Shown in pieces: positions 24,370-33,812 of a stretch of DNA of 64,000 bases. Source of the DNA: Chloroflexota bacterium (GTDB lineage Bacteria; Chloroflexota; Dehalococcoidia; UBA2979); assembly GCA_947479915.1 (NCBI GenBank), contig CANKAU010000010.1:2033-66032 (forward strand), in the 5' to 3' direction. Position 1 is the stretch's first letter, and the number at the start of each line of letters is the position of its first letter. Made by a program: the position numbers and the translations under genes. The notes below the pieces were generated by a model that had not been told where the DNA came from, did no database searches, and worked only from the letters and a program-made list of their open reading frames with translations.

Positions 24370-25677
24370 GTGAAGTACCACCTCGTCACCCTCGGCTGCG
24401 CGAAGAACACCGTCGACTCCATGCGCCTCGAGCAGGCGCTGCGCACGGGACGGCACATCGCCGTCACCGCGCCCGAGGACGCCGATCTGCTGGTGGTGAA
24501 CACCTGTGGGTTCATCGACGCGGCGAAGGACGAGTCCGTCGGCGTGGTGCGCGAACTCGATGCGGCGCGTCGACCCGACCAGAAGCTCTACGTCGTCGGC
24601 TGCATGACGCAGATCGCCGAGGACGAGGTGCGCGCGGCCGTCCCGAACATCGACGCCACGTTCGGCGTGGAGCAGTGGGACGAGATCTCCGCCTCCATCG
24701 GCGCGGCGAGCGAGACGTTCGACATCCCGGATCGCGCGCTGCCCACGCTTGGCGCGCCCAGCGCGTACCTCAAGATCTCGGACGGCTGCGACCGACCGTG
24801 CACTTTCTGCATCATCCCGACGATCAAGGGCGGCATGCACTCCGCGCCCGCGCGCCAGCTGATCGCGGAGGCGCGCCTGTACGCCGCCGCCGGTGCGAAG
24901 GAACTGGTGCTCGTCGCGCAGGACTCCACCGCCTACGGCGAGGATGCCGACGGACGCGATGGCCTCGCCGCGCTGCTCGAGGAATTGAGCGCCGGCGTGC
25001 CCGAGGTGCCGTGGATCCGCCTCATGTACGCGTACCCCGGCCGCGTCACCCCTCGGCTGGCCGAGGCGATGGCGACGCTGCCGAACGTGGTCCCCTACCT
25101 CGACATGCCGCTGCAGCACGGCAGTGACGCAGTGCTGCGGCGGATGAAGCGTCCCACGCTCTCGCGATCGCGACAGAGCATCGAGACGATCCGCCGCACG
25201 ATCCCGGACGTCACGTTGCGCTCCACGTTCATCGTCGGCTTCCCCGGCGAGACGGAGTCGGAGTTCCGCGAGCTGCTGCGCTTCGTGGAGGAGTACGCGA
25301 TCGACCACGTCGGCGCGTTCACCTACTCGCCCCAGATCGGGACGCCCGCCGCCGCCTACGGCGACCAGGTGCCCGAGGAGGTGAAGCAGGAGCGCTACGG
25401 TCGGCTCATGGAGCTGGCGCAGGGCATCTCGCACGCCTCGAACAAGGCGCAGGTCGGCCGCGAGCTCGACGTCCTCGTGGAGTCGCGCGAGCCGGGTACC
25501 TCGGCCTCGGGTGAGCCGATGGTCATCGGCCGGACGGTGCGCGACGCGCCGGAAGTGGACGGCCTCGCGTTGGTGAAGGGAACCTACCCCATGGGTTCCA
25601 TGGTGCGTGTGCGGGTGGACGGCGCGCTGCCGTATGACCTGCTCTGCACCCCGGTTGAGGTCCTCGCCCGCCCCTAA
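24370..25677 (+). CDS. rimO: ribosomal protein S12 methylthiotransferase
   Basis: MKYHLVTLGCAKNTVDSMRL (UPF0004 N-terminal domain), radical-SAM CDRPCTFC, C-terminal TRAM domain. Confidence 0.88.
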   Translation: MKYHLVTLGCAKNTVDSMRLEQALRTGRHIAVTAPEDADLLVVNTCGFIDAAKDESVGVVRELDAARRPDQKLYVVGCMTQIAEDEVRAAVPNIDATFGVEQWDEISASIGAASETFDIPDRALPTLGAPSAYLKISDGCDRPCTFCIIPTIKGGMHSAPARQLIAEARLYAAAGAKELVLVAQDSTAYGEDADGRDGLAALLEELSAGVPEVPWIRLMYAYPGRVTPRLAEAMATLPNVVPYLDMPLQHGSDAVLRRMKRPTLSRSRQSIETIRRTIPDVTLRSTFIVGFPGETESEFRELLRFVEEYAIDHVGAFTYSPQIGTPAAAYGDQVPEEVKQERYGRLMELAQGISHASNKAQVGRELDVLVESREPGTSASGEPMVIGRTVRDAPEVDGLALVKGTYPMGSMVRVRVDGALPYDLLCTPVEVLARP

Positions 25678-25764
25678 ATCACTTCGATCAGGGTTGTTTG
25701 CGCGCCGCCCCAGGGGTTTCCCTGAACCTGAGCGGCCGAGTTTGCGCGCAGGCGGCTCGATTTA

Positions 25765-25797
25765 ACGTGGAATTTACGTGATTGTGCGCACATTCAC
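25765..25797. promoter_or_regulatory. AT-rich promoter-like region with an 18/20 palindrome (putative operator)
   Basis: GTGATTGTGCGCACATTCAC (25778-25797) preceded by a direct ACGTG repeat; sits about 130 nt upstream of an orphan small ORF. Confidence 0.35.
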
Positions 25798-25924
25798 TTG
25801 CGATCCTCGCCGTGCGGCGGGAAACTACTCACATCGAGACAACGCAACACCGCAGAGGTCTCGAAGGAAGTCTGGACGGTTGGGGTGTAGGCCCTCGCCG
25901 GACCGGAAAGAGTAGGAACGACCG

Positions 25925-26065
25925 ATGACTGAGATCAGCCAGGTAACCCGCATGTACAACGCGATCGTCTCCCGCGGCACCCGCTCGGTGCCGACGTACG
26001 CCGAGGTTGCGCGTGACGCGCGCCGCGACGCGTACGAGAAGATCGCTCTCCAGACGCGGTTCTAG
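25925..26065 (+). CDS. orphan small ORF (46 aa)
   Basis: ATG preceded by AGGAAC; MTEISQVTRMYNAIVSRGTRSVPTYAEVARDARRDAYEKIALQTRF; followed by a perfect 12-bp stem hairpin at 26128-26159. Not in the supplied ORF track (below 60 aa). Confidence 0.3.
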   Translation: MTEISQVTRMYNAIVSRGTRSVPTYAEVARDARRDAYEKIALQTRF

Positions 26066-26272
26066 CACGGTAGACCGCCCGTGGAGGGACCCCCTCCCCC
26101 GAAGCGGGAACCCCGGTCGAACCCTTCGAGAAGCGCCCCGTCCCCGCGGGGCGCTTCTCGCGTCTCCGGGCATCTCGCCCGCGCCCTGAGCGCAGACCCC
26201 CGCCCCATCGCTCCCCTGCACCGGTAGCTTCGAGGATCCTCGAGGTGAGCGCCTTGCGGCGATCGGTAGCGA

Positions 26273-26572
26273 CTACGCGTCGAGGTCGTACTCCTCCCGC
26301 GCGACGTTCGTGATCTCTGCGCGGCCGATGAGGTCGTCTTCCACGAAGCGGAGAGCCTCGTCGGCCTGGTGTCGGGCGGTGGCGCGGTCGCCGGACACGA
26401 CGGCGAAGCCGATCTGCCCCGACTGCACGAGGTCTTGCATCCCCACCTCGGCCGCCGCGATGTGCAGGCGCTGCCGGAGGCGCTCAACCAGTGAGCGCGC
26501 GACGGATCGCTTGTCCTTCAGCGACAGGGCGGATGGGATGCTGAGGGTGACAAGGACGCTGATCGTGATCAC
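26273..26572 (-). CDS. DUF503 family protein
   Basis: MITISVLVTLSIPSALSLKDKRSVARSLVERLRQRLHIAAAEVGMQDLVQSGQIGFAVVS matches the DUF503 (YlxP-like) consensus. Confidence 0.7.
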   Translation of the reverse strand: MITISVLVTLSIPSALSLKDKRSVARSLVERLRQRLHIAAAEVGMQDLVQSGQIGFAVVSGDRATARHQADEALRFVEDDLIGRAEITNVAREEYDLDA

Positions 26573-26605
26573 AGGCGTCCCCGTCGTGCGCGTCGAGCGG
26601 CGCGA

Positions 26606-27769
26606 CTAGTCCTCGAGGTCTTCGTTCTCGTCGTGCGGCTCGTCGTCGGACTCCGCAGCCGCCAACTCCGCGAGCTCGGCGGCGTGGGTGAGCGCGGCCT
26701 CGGCGGCCTCGGTCAGCGCGTGCACGTCGGCGGGGATCTCGATGCGCTCGTCGTCCTGGATCAGCGCGTCGGCGACGTCGCCTTCGACACCCTCGCTCGC
26801 GCCTTCGAGGTCGATCGCGCCAGCCTCGATCGCCGCGTCCGCTTCCTGCTCCACGGCAGCGAGGGCCGCGACCACGTCCTGCTCCGCGAGGCCGAGCTGT
26901 TCGCCGATCTCGGACGGCGGCAGGTCGATCTCCTCCGGCAGCGGCGGGAGCTGGCCCGCGCGCTCCAGCCCGAAGTGTTCGAGGAAGCGCTGCGTGGTCT
27001 GGAAGAGCATCGGGCGGCCCGGACCGGTGGCGTAGCCGGCGGGCGCGATGAGCGAGCGAGCGCGCAGCGTGGCCACTGCGCCGTCGCTGCTGACGCCACG
27101 GATCGTGTCGATCTGGCCGCGCGTGATGGGCTGGCGGTACGCGATGATCGCGAGCGTCTCCAGCGCGGCCGTGCTCAGCTTGCGACTGGCCTCGAGGCCG
27201 AGGAAGTGCTCGATGCGCGGGCCGGCCTCGGGTGCCGTGACCAGTGCCACGCCCTCCGGGCCACGCTGCAGTCGGATGCCCCGGTTGCCCTCGCGCAGGG
27301 TGTCGGCCAGTTCGTCGAGCGCCTTCTCGATGCGCGTCGAAGTCACGTCGAGGGCGCGCGCGAGGTAGGACTCCTCCACCGCGTGGTCGGCGACGAAGAG
27401 CAGCGCCTCCAGCAGCAGCGGCAGACCCTCGAAGCTCTCGAAGAGCTCGGCCTGCTCGGGCTCGGCGTGGTCGTCGATGACGACGGGGTCGGGCAGCACA
27501 TCCTCGGCGGGCGCGTCCCCGGCGGGCTCCTCGATCGCCTCGGGCTCAGGCTCCGGCTCGGCGTCGAACGGGCGGGGCGGGCGCGGGGGTGCGGAGGGCA
27601 TGGTCGGGGCGGCGGCCTCGGGCGCTTCGGACGCGGACGACGCCTCGGGCTCGGCGGCTTCGGAGGTCGGAGCTTCGGGCGCGGACGCTTCGGGCGCGGA
27701 GGTCTCGGGGGTCTCGGCCTCTGCCGGCTCCGCCTGCTCGTTGTCCTCTTCGCGCTCGCCGTCAGTCAT
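26606..27769 (-). CDS. scpB: segregation and condensation protein B with long acidic N- and C-terminal extensions
   Basis: Core LLEALLFVADHAVEESYLARALDV...ETLAIIAYRQPITRGQIDTIRGVSSDGAVATLRARSLI is the ScpB winged helix. Start MTDGEREED at 27769. About 140 aa of PEA-rich N-terminal region. Confidence 0.85.
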   Translation of the reverse strand: MTDGEREEDNEQAEPAEAETPETSAPEASAPEAPTSEAAEPEASSASEAPEAAAPTMPSAPPRPPRPFDAEPEPEPEAIEEPAGDAPAEDVLPDPVVIDDHAEPEQAELFESFEGLPLLLEALLFVADHAVEESYLARALDVTSTRIEKALDELADTLREGNRGIRLQRGPEGVALVTAPEAGPRIEHFLGLEASRKLSTAALETLAIIAYRQPITRGQIDTIRGVSSDGAVATLRARSLIAPAGYATGPGRPMLFQTTQRFLEHFGLERAGQLPPLPEEIDLPPSEIGEQLGLAEQDVVAALAAVEQEADAAIEAGAIDLEGASEGVEGDVADALIQDDERIEIPADVHALTEAAEAALTHAAELAELAAAESDDEPHDENEDLED

Positions 27770-27875
27770 CCACGCGTCCTCGGTCTGCTTGATGCACGTC
27801 AATGCAACTGTGCCGCATCTGGGCTGCATCGTCCCACGCCCGCCCGCGAGCCGCGAGGGATCGTAGGATTCAACC

Positions 27876-28661
27876 ATGATCGTCGACATCCACACGCACG
27901 TCTTCCCGCCGAACTTCATCGAGGACCGCGCGCGCCTAGCCTCGGCGGACGCGATGTTCGGCGAGATGTACGCCTCGCCGCGCGCGCAGATGGCGACCGC
28001 GGAGGATCTGATCGCGTCCATGGACCGGGCGGGCGTGGATGTGTCGGTGATCGCCGGCTTCTGGTGGAAGGACCGCGCACGCCGGGGCGAGCATGCCGCC
28101 TACCTGCTGGCGTCCGCGCTGCGCTACCCCGGGCGTCTTGTCCCGTTCGTGCCGCAGCCGGAGGGCGATGCGCTGCCCGGCGCCGCCGGCATCGGCGAGC
28201 TGCGCGTCGCCGACCCCGAGCGCATCGAGGCGGGCGGGCTGCCGATCCTCGCGCATTGCTCGGAGGAGGTCGGTCACCGTTACCCCGGCAAGACCGGCGG
28301 GCTGACGCCTGGCGCGCTGTGGGCGCTGCTGGAGGGCCAGCCGGAGGCGCGGGTGATCGCGGCGCACTGGGGCGGGGGCTTCCCCTTCTACGCCCTGATG
28401 CCCGAGGTACGCGCGGTGATCGAGGCGGGGCGATTGGTCTTCGATACGGCGGCCTCGACGCTGCTCTATGGGACGGACGCCGTGCGCCGAGGTATCGAAC
28501 TCGCGGGTGTCGAGGCGGTGTGCTGGGGATCGGACTTCCCGTTGCGCGACCAGGCGACTGACCGCGCGGCGATCGAGGCGGCGCTCCCCGCGGGCGAAGC
28601 GCGCGCCGCGGTGCTCGGCGGCAACGCCGCGCGCTTCCTCGACCTCGCCGGGAGCGACTAG
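27876..28661 (+). CDS. amidohydrolase family (amidohydrolase-2 TIM-barrel metal hydrolase)
   Basis: MIVDIHTHVFPPNF... and a C-terminal CWGSDFPL motif. Confidence 0.7.
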   Translation: MIVDIHTHVFPPNFIEDRARLASADAMFGEMYASPRAQMATAEDLIASMDRAGVDVSVIAGFWWKDRARRGEHAAYLLASALRYPGRLVPFVPQPEGDALPGAAGIGELRVADPERIEAGGLPILAHCSEEVGHRYPGKTGGLTPGALWALLEGQPEARVIAAHWGGGFPFYALMPEVRAVIEAGRLVFDTAASTLLYGTDAVRRGIELAGVEAVCWGSDFPLRDQATDRAAIEAALPAGEARAAVLGGNAARFLDLAGSD

Positions 28662-28664
28662 GCC

Positions 28665-29234
28665 GTGCGCCTGTTCATCGCGCTGGAGGTACCGGACGCG
28701 TGGCGCGCTGCGGCGACCGCACAGCAGCAGGCGCTCGCCGCCATGCTCTCGCCGGAGACGCGCCGCGCGCTGCGTCCCGTCGGCGCGGACCTGATGCACC
28801 TCACGCTCCGCTTCCTCGGCGAGGTCGACGAGGGCGGCGTCGACCCGCTGCAGGCCGCGCTCGACGCGCTCCCGCCGTTCGCGATCACGCTGTCGCTCGA
28901 TCGCGCCGGCACGTTTGGGGCCGCTGCACGCACCGGCGTGGTGTGGCTCGGCGTCGCGGGCGAGGTGCGCGCGCTGCGCGGGCTCGCCGGCGACATCGAA
29001 CGCGCCGTGCGGCTCATCGGCGTGCGCGGCGAGGATCGTCCGTTCACCGCGCACCTGACGCTCGCGCGCCTCGGGCGTCACGCCACGGTCGAGGACCGCA
29101 TCTCGGTCGCGCAGGCCGTGCAGCAGTTGGATGCGCCGCCGCCCGCGCCGTTCCACACCAGCGAACTCGCGCTCGTTCGCTCGTACCTCGAGGGCCCCGC
29201 ACCCCGGTACGAGGTGCTTTCGCACCATCCGTAG
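28665..29234 (+). CDS. thpR: RNA 2',3'-cyclic phosphodiesterase (2H phosphoesterase, LigT/ThpR)
   Basis: Two H-x-T-x motifs (HLTLRFLG and HLTLARLG) with appropriate spacing; GTG start. Confidence 0.8.
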   Translation: MRLFIALEVPDAWRAAATAQQQALAAMLSPETRRALRPVGADLMHLTLRFLGEVDEGGVDPLQAALDALPPFAITLSLDRAGTFGAAARTGVVWLGVAGEVRALRGLAGDIERAVRLIGVRGEDRPFTAHLTLARLGRHATVEDRISVAQAVQQLDAPPPAPFHTSELALVRSYLEGPAPRYEVLSHHP

Positions 29235-29520
29235 CCGTGCCGGCGCGATGCACCGCATCGCCAGCAACGACGCGTGATTCTGGGCAGACGTCCGCGTGTC
29301 GTCAGGGCCTCGATCGTGTGCGATCGCACGATGTTGACGCGCTGCCTCGACAGGTCTAGGTTGCCCGCAAGAGGTGGTCTGATGGACACACTTCACACGA
29401 GATGGGCTCCCTGAGATCGACGTTGTGTCGCCGCGGCTTGCCGCGGCGATTGTCGTTTCTGGGCCCGCTCGCGCCACCAGAACCGGATGCCGCGAGGGGA
29501 TCGCGGCGAAGGAGGCTCCC

Positions 29521-29772
29521 TTGCAGTCAGGCATGATCGGCAAGATCGAGAAGGCGCACCGCTACGCTGAAGAGCGCAGCCGCTTTGACTTCCACTCCAT
29601 GGTCGTCACGGTCCACGGCAACAACAGCGACCACACGGTCCACTACGACGGCGAACGCTGGTCCTGCGACTGCGACTACTTCCAGCAGCAGCGCACCTGT
29701 GCCCACACCATGTCGCTCGAAGTCATGCTGGGCGGCACCGCCCCGCAACACTCGAGGATGGCCGTCGCGTAG
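29521..29772 (+). CDS. SWIM zinc-finger protein (small)
   Basis: WSCDCDYFQQQRTCAHTMSL is a CxC-x(n)-CxH SWIM motif. Strong AAGGAGG RBS upstream; the start is TTG 29521 or ATG 29533. Confidence 0.55.
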   Translation: MQSGMIGKIEKAHRYAEERSRFDFHSMVVTVHGNNSDHTVHYDGERWSCDCDYFQQQRTCAHTMSLEVMLGGTAPQHSRMAVA

Positions 29773-29802
29773 TTCCGATCCAACCCACGGCAAACATCGC
29801 AA

Positions 29803-29835
29803 GAGGCCGGGCACATGCCCGGCCTCTCGTGTGTG
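29803..29835. terminator. intrinsic terminator between convergent genes
   Basis: gaggccgggca-cat-gcccggcctc followed by tcgtgtgtg. Confidence 0.55.
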
Positions 29836-29939
29836 CGGCGTGCTGCGGGCGCTGGGCGAGCGGCGTTGGTGAGATTGCGGGTGGCCTACCGCGGCCCCTC
29901 CCGGCGCGCAGTCTCCTCGGCGGAACTCGGTTCGCCGCG

Positions 29940-31199
29940 CTACGCCTCGTAGCGGCGGAGGACGAGGACGGCGTTCTGGCCGCCGAAGCCGAACGAGTTC
30001 TTGAGCGCCGTGCGCACCTCGGCCTTGCGGGCGACGAGCGGCACGTAGTCGAGGTCGCAGCCCTCGCCGGGGTGCTCAAGGTTCAGCGTCGGCAGGATCA
30101 TGCCGGTGCGGATCGTCTGGATCGCGGCGATCGTTTCCACGCCACCTGAGCCGCCGAGCAGGTGACCGATCTGCGACTTCAACGCGGACACCGGCACCCG
30201 GTACGCGCGCTCGCCGAACACCGTCTTCAGGGCCCCCGTCTCTGCGAGGTCACCGACGTCGGTCGCGGTTGCGTGCGCGGACACGTAGTCCACCTCGTCC
30301 GGTCCGATGCCTGCGTCGCGAAGCGCGGCGTTCATCGCGCGCGCTGCCCCCGCGCCGTTCTCGGACGGTGCAACGAGGTAGGACGCGTCCGCGCTCACGC
30401 CGTAGCCGATCAGCTCGGCCAGCGGCGTGGCACCGCGTGCGAGCGCGTGCTCCAGCGACTCCAGCACCAGGATGCCCGCGCCCTCGGCTGGCGCGAAGCC
30501 GTCACGGTCGCGGTCCCACGGGCGGCTGGCGTGCTCGGGGTCGTCGTTGTGCGCCGAGGCGAGCGCGCGCATGGAGGCGAACCCCGCGAGGCCCAGTTCA
30601 CACACCCCGGCTTCCGAGCCGCCCGCGATCATCACGTCGGCCGCGCCGCGCCGGATCACCTCGACGGCGTCGCCGATCGCCTGCGTGCCAGCGGCGCACG
30701 CGGTGGAGACGGTGTTGTTGTAGCCCAGCAGGCCGAACTGGATCGAGATGTTGCCGCCGGCCATGTTGTTGAGGCGCTTCGAGATGTAGAACGGGTCGAC
30801 CTTCATGCCGCCACGCTCGATCAGCGTGCGCATCTGCTCGTCGTCGTTCGGGATGCCGCCGCCGCCGTTGCCAATCAGCACGCCCACGCGCTCGCGGTCC
30901 GTGTGGTCGAGGTCGAGCGCGGCGTGCTCGATCGCCATCCTCGTCGCCGCGACGGCGTACTGCGAGAAGCGCGCCATGCGGCGGCCGTCCTTGCGGTCCA
31001 TGAACTGCGTGTAGTCGAAGTCGGGCACCTCGCCGGCCACCTGACAGGGGTAGGCCGAGGGGTCGGCAAGTGTCATGCGGCGGATGCCGGATCGTCCCGC
31101 GACGGCGTTCTCCCAGAACAGGTCGACGCCCACGCCCAGCGGCGTCACCGCCCCCATCCCGGTCACCACGACACGTCGACGCCCGGAGGGGTTGGTCAC
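29940..31199 (-). CDS. fabF: beta-ketoacyl-[acyl-carrier-protein] synthase II
   Basis: RVVVTGMGAVTPLG...TACAAG (active Cys)...SAHATATDVGD...GHLLGGSGGVE (His-His) are KAS II motifs. GTG start at 31199. Confidence 0.92.
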   Translation of the reverse strand: MTNPSGRRRVVVTGMGAVTPLGVGVDLFWENAVAGRSGIRRMTLADPSAYPCQVAGEVPDFDYTQFMDRKDGRRMARFSQYAVAATRMAIEHAALDLDHTDRERVGVLIGNGGGGIPNDDEQMRTLIERGGMKVDPFYISKRLNNMAGGNISIQFGLLGYNNTVSTACAAGTQAIGDAVEVIRRGAADVMIAGGSEAGVCELGLAGFASMRALASAHNDDPEHASRPWDRDRDGFAPAEGAGILVLESLEHALARGATPLAELIGYGVSADASYLVAPSENGAGAARAMNAALRDAGIGPDEVDYVSAHATATDVGDLAETGALKTVFGERAYRVPVSALKSQIGHLLGGSGGVETIAAIQTIRTGMILPTLNLEHPGEGCDLDYVPLVARKAEVRTALKNSFGFGGQNAVLVLRRYEA

Positions 31200-31384
31200 G
31201 CAGCACCTCGCTCTGGAACTCGGCCGGAAGGCGGTACACCGATCGTACCGCACGAGGCACGCTCGCACGCGCGCACGTCACGGCAGCCCCGGCGCCGCGC
31301 ATCGAAAAATTGATGTTGCCCCGCGGGCGAGGTGAGTACGCTCGCGCCCCAAACACCCCGAAGTGAGCCTCAAGGAGGCCGGTC

Positions 31385-32206
31385 ATGCCCGACGGTTACG
31401 GAAACCTCTGCCTGATGGAGCGCGATGGTCGCATCGCTCACATCACCTTCAACCGGCAGGACAAGCGAAACGCGATGAGCTCCGACCTGACGGCGGAGAT
31501 CCGCGCTGCCCTGCGCGCGTGCTGGGACGCCAGCGTGGTGACGATCAGCGGTGGCGATGGCCCCGCCTTCTGCGCCGGCGCCGACCTGAGCGCCCAGGAG
31601 CGCGAGAAGAACGCGAAGACCGAGTGGACCCGCACCTACCACGACTTCACGGAGACGTGGGAGCAGACCAACTACCTGATCTGGCAGCACCCGGGCGTCG
31701 TCGTGGCCTCCGTGAACGGTTACTGCCTTGCGGGCGGCAACTCGATCCTCGCCTCCTGCGATCTCGCGATCGCATCGGACCAGGCGACGTTCGGTCTGAC
31801 GGAGATGGGCTTCGGCATCTTCCCCGCGCTGGTCGTGCCGCTGCTCTCGAAGGTGATCCAGAAGAAGCACCTCGCGGAGTTGATGTTCACCGCAGAGCGC
31901 ATCAGCGCCGAGGATGCCCACCGCATGGGCATGGTGAACTGGGTCGTGCCGCACGCTGAGCTGGCAGAGAAGACCGAGATCCTCGCGCAGCGCCTCGCGA
32001 CCATCGACCCGGTGCGCATCGAGAGCGCGAAGAAGACGCTCAACATCCTGGAGCACCTGGACTGGACCACGGCGGCGCGCTTCGGCCCGACGCTGGGCAG
32101 CGCCGGCGCGAACATCACGGACGCTACCGCGAACCGCACCGCCTTCCTCGGACGGCAGGGCGCAGGCCTCGGCCAGGGCGCGAACGCGCAGCTCGGCGTC
32201 TTCTAG
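31385..32206 (+). CDS. enoyl-CoA hydratase/isomerase (crotonase) family protein
   Basis: ITFNRQDKRNAMS...FCAGADLS...VNGYCLAGGNSILASCDLAIAS are crotonase-fold motifs. Confidence 0.85.
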   Translation: MPDGYGNLCLMERDGRIAHITFNRQDKRNAMSSDLTAEIRAALRACWDASVVTISGGDGPAFCAGADLSAQEREKNAKTEWTRTYHDFTETWEQTNYLIWQHPGVVVASVNGYCLAGGNSILASCDLAIASDQATFGLTEMGFGIFPALVVPLLSKVIQKKHLAELMFTAERISAEDAHRMGMVNWVVPHAELAEKTEILAQRLATIDPVRIESAKKTLNILEHLDWTTAARFGPTLGSAGANITDATANRTAFLGRQGAGLGQGANAQLGVF

Positions 32207-32237
32207 CCGACACCGGTCGCTCGCATCGACGCACGCA

Positions 32238-32262
32238 GCCCCGGCGCAAGCCGGGGCTGTCC
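32238..32262. terminator. stem-loop between the convergent crotonase and folC genes
   Basis: cagccccggc-gcaa-gccggggctg followed by tcctgtgtcc. Confidence 0.5.
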
Positions 32263-32328
32263 TGTGTCCGAGGGTGTCGAGGGCGCCGCGGCTGACCTCG
32301 ACACCACGTCTGAGAGGTCGAGGCGCGG

Positions 32329-33759
32329 CTAGCGCAGCCCCAGCGCGTGGTCGCCGACGATGCCCAGCAGGTGCTCGCGCGCAGCGGCGACGGTGTACAG
32401 GCTGCCCGCGACGATCACCGCACCGCGCGAGCCCGCCTGCTCCGTGGCGATATCGATCGCGGCGGCGACGCTGCTCGCGCGCTGCGGGATCGCGCCGAGG
32501 TCGCGCGCGGCGCGCACGAGGTCGCCGGTGTCCGCGGCACGCTGCGTCGGCGGCGCCGCGATGATCACGTCGTCGCCCTCGCCGATCAGCGGTTCGAGGA
32601 TCGCCGGGGCGTCCTTGCCCGCGAGCATGCCGATCACCCAGACGCGGCGCTTCGGCACGGCCACGGCGTCGATCGCCTGCCGGAACCGGCGAGCCGCGAG
32701 CGGGGTGTGCAGCCCGTCGAGGATCGTGAGCGGGCGCTGTCGCACCACCTCGGCGCGTCCGGGCATCTTGGCGGCGGCGACGCCGCGCATCACGGCGGCC
32801 TCTGGCAGCGCGGCGTTGGCGTCACCAGCACCCAGGCGGTACGCCCACGCCTCCTCGGCGGCGCGCACGGCGGTGGCGATGTTCTCGGACTGGTGACCGC
32901 CGATCAGCGGCGACTTCAGCGCGCGATACGTGCGCACCGGCGTCCGCAGGTCGAGCGTCTGCCCCTCGAGGTTGTGCGCGGTCACGGTCATCGCGCATTC
33001 ATTGGCCACGGAGTGCAGCGGCGCACCGAACTGCGCCGCTCGCGCCCGCACGACCTCGAGCGCGCTCGCGCGCATCGGCGCCGCGATCACGGGGGCATCG
33101 CTGACGATGATCCCCGCTTTCTCGGCGGCGATGAGCGGGATCGTGTCGCCGAGGATCTCGGTGTGCTCCAGGTCGATCGGCGTGATCACCGTCGCGGTCT
33201 TGCTGGACGCGGCCATCGCATTCGTCGTGTCGAGGCGGCCGCCCAGGCCCACCTCGACGACCTGCCAGTCGCACCCGGCCTCCGCGCCCGCGATCCAGCC
33301 CATCACGGTCAGCAACTCGAAGTAGGACCAGCCCTTCGCGGCGGGGTCGTCGAGGAGCGCCTCGGCGATGCGCGCGAAGGTGGCGTGGTCGATCGGATGC
33401 CCGTCGATGCCGATGCGCTCACGTGCGGAGTGCAGGTCGGGCGAGGTGATCAGCAGCGTGTGGCCGCCGGCGTCCCGGATCGCCTCGCGCAGGATCGCCT
33501 CGGTGATCGTGGAGACCGAGCCCTTCCCCTTCGACCCGGCGACGTGCACGGCGTTGCGCCGATCCGGCCGGCCGTGCCCCTCGAGGTACGCCACGATGTG
33601 GTCGATGTCCCAGCGCTTCGCCTCGGCCGCGCGGCCGGTGCGCTCGTACCCGCCGTGGGCGAGCAGGCGGCGCATCGCGGCGACGTACGCGGCGAGGTCG
33701 GCGTCGGAGGGGGCGGTGGTCACGGGAACGCCCTTCAGGTGGGACCGGGTGCGCGCCAC
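32329..33759 (-). CDS. folC: bifunctional folylpolyglutamate synthase / dihydrofolate synthase
   Basis: VHVAGSKGKGSVS (P-loop), Mur-ligase middle and C-terminal domains. Start uncertain: GTG at 33759 or 33723. Confidence 0.85.
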   Translation of the reverse strand: MARTRSHLKGVPVTTAPSDADLAAYVAAMRRLLAHGGYERTGRAAEAKRWDIDHIVAYLEGHGRPDRRNAVHVAGSKGKGSVSTITEAILREAIRDAGGHTLLITSPDLHSARERIGIDGHPIDHATFARIAEALLDDPAAKGWSYFELLTVMGWIAGAEAGCDWQVVEVGLGGRLDTTNAMAASSKTATVITPIDLEHTEILGDTIPLIAAEKAGIIVSDAPVIAAPMRASALEVVRARAAQFGAPLHSVANECAMTVTAHNLEGQTLDLRTPVRTYRALKSPLIGGHQSENIATAVRAAEEAWAYRLGAGDANAALPEAAVMRGVAAAKMPGRAEVVRQRPLTILDGLHTPLAARRFRQAIDAVAVPKRRVWVIGMLAGKDAPAILEPLIGEGDDVIIAAPPTQRAADTGDLVRAARDLGAIPQRASSVAAAIDIATEQAGSRGAVIVAGSLYTVAAAREHLLGIVGDHALGLR

Positions 33760-33812
33760 GAGGTTCGGCGGTCGCGCGCACCAACTCTGCCCGAGTGTAA
33801 TCTGGCAGGACG

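Noticed and set aside
25829-26487. Minus-strand ORFs 25829-26221 (130 aa) and 26062-26487 (141 aa)
   Set aside because: They overlap the DUF503 gene and the small plus-strand ORF and their terminator, and have Arg/Ser/Gly-rich low-complexity translations.
26633-28561. 642-aa plus-strand ORF, and 61530-63455 and 50277-52490 plus-strand ORFs
   Set aside because: They are antisense to scpB/amidohydrolase, to parA/pfkB, and to the M16 peptidase/MBL hydrolase respectively. Translations are low-complexity R/G/A/D-rich.
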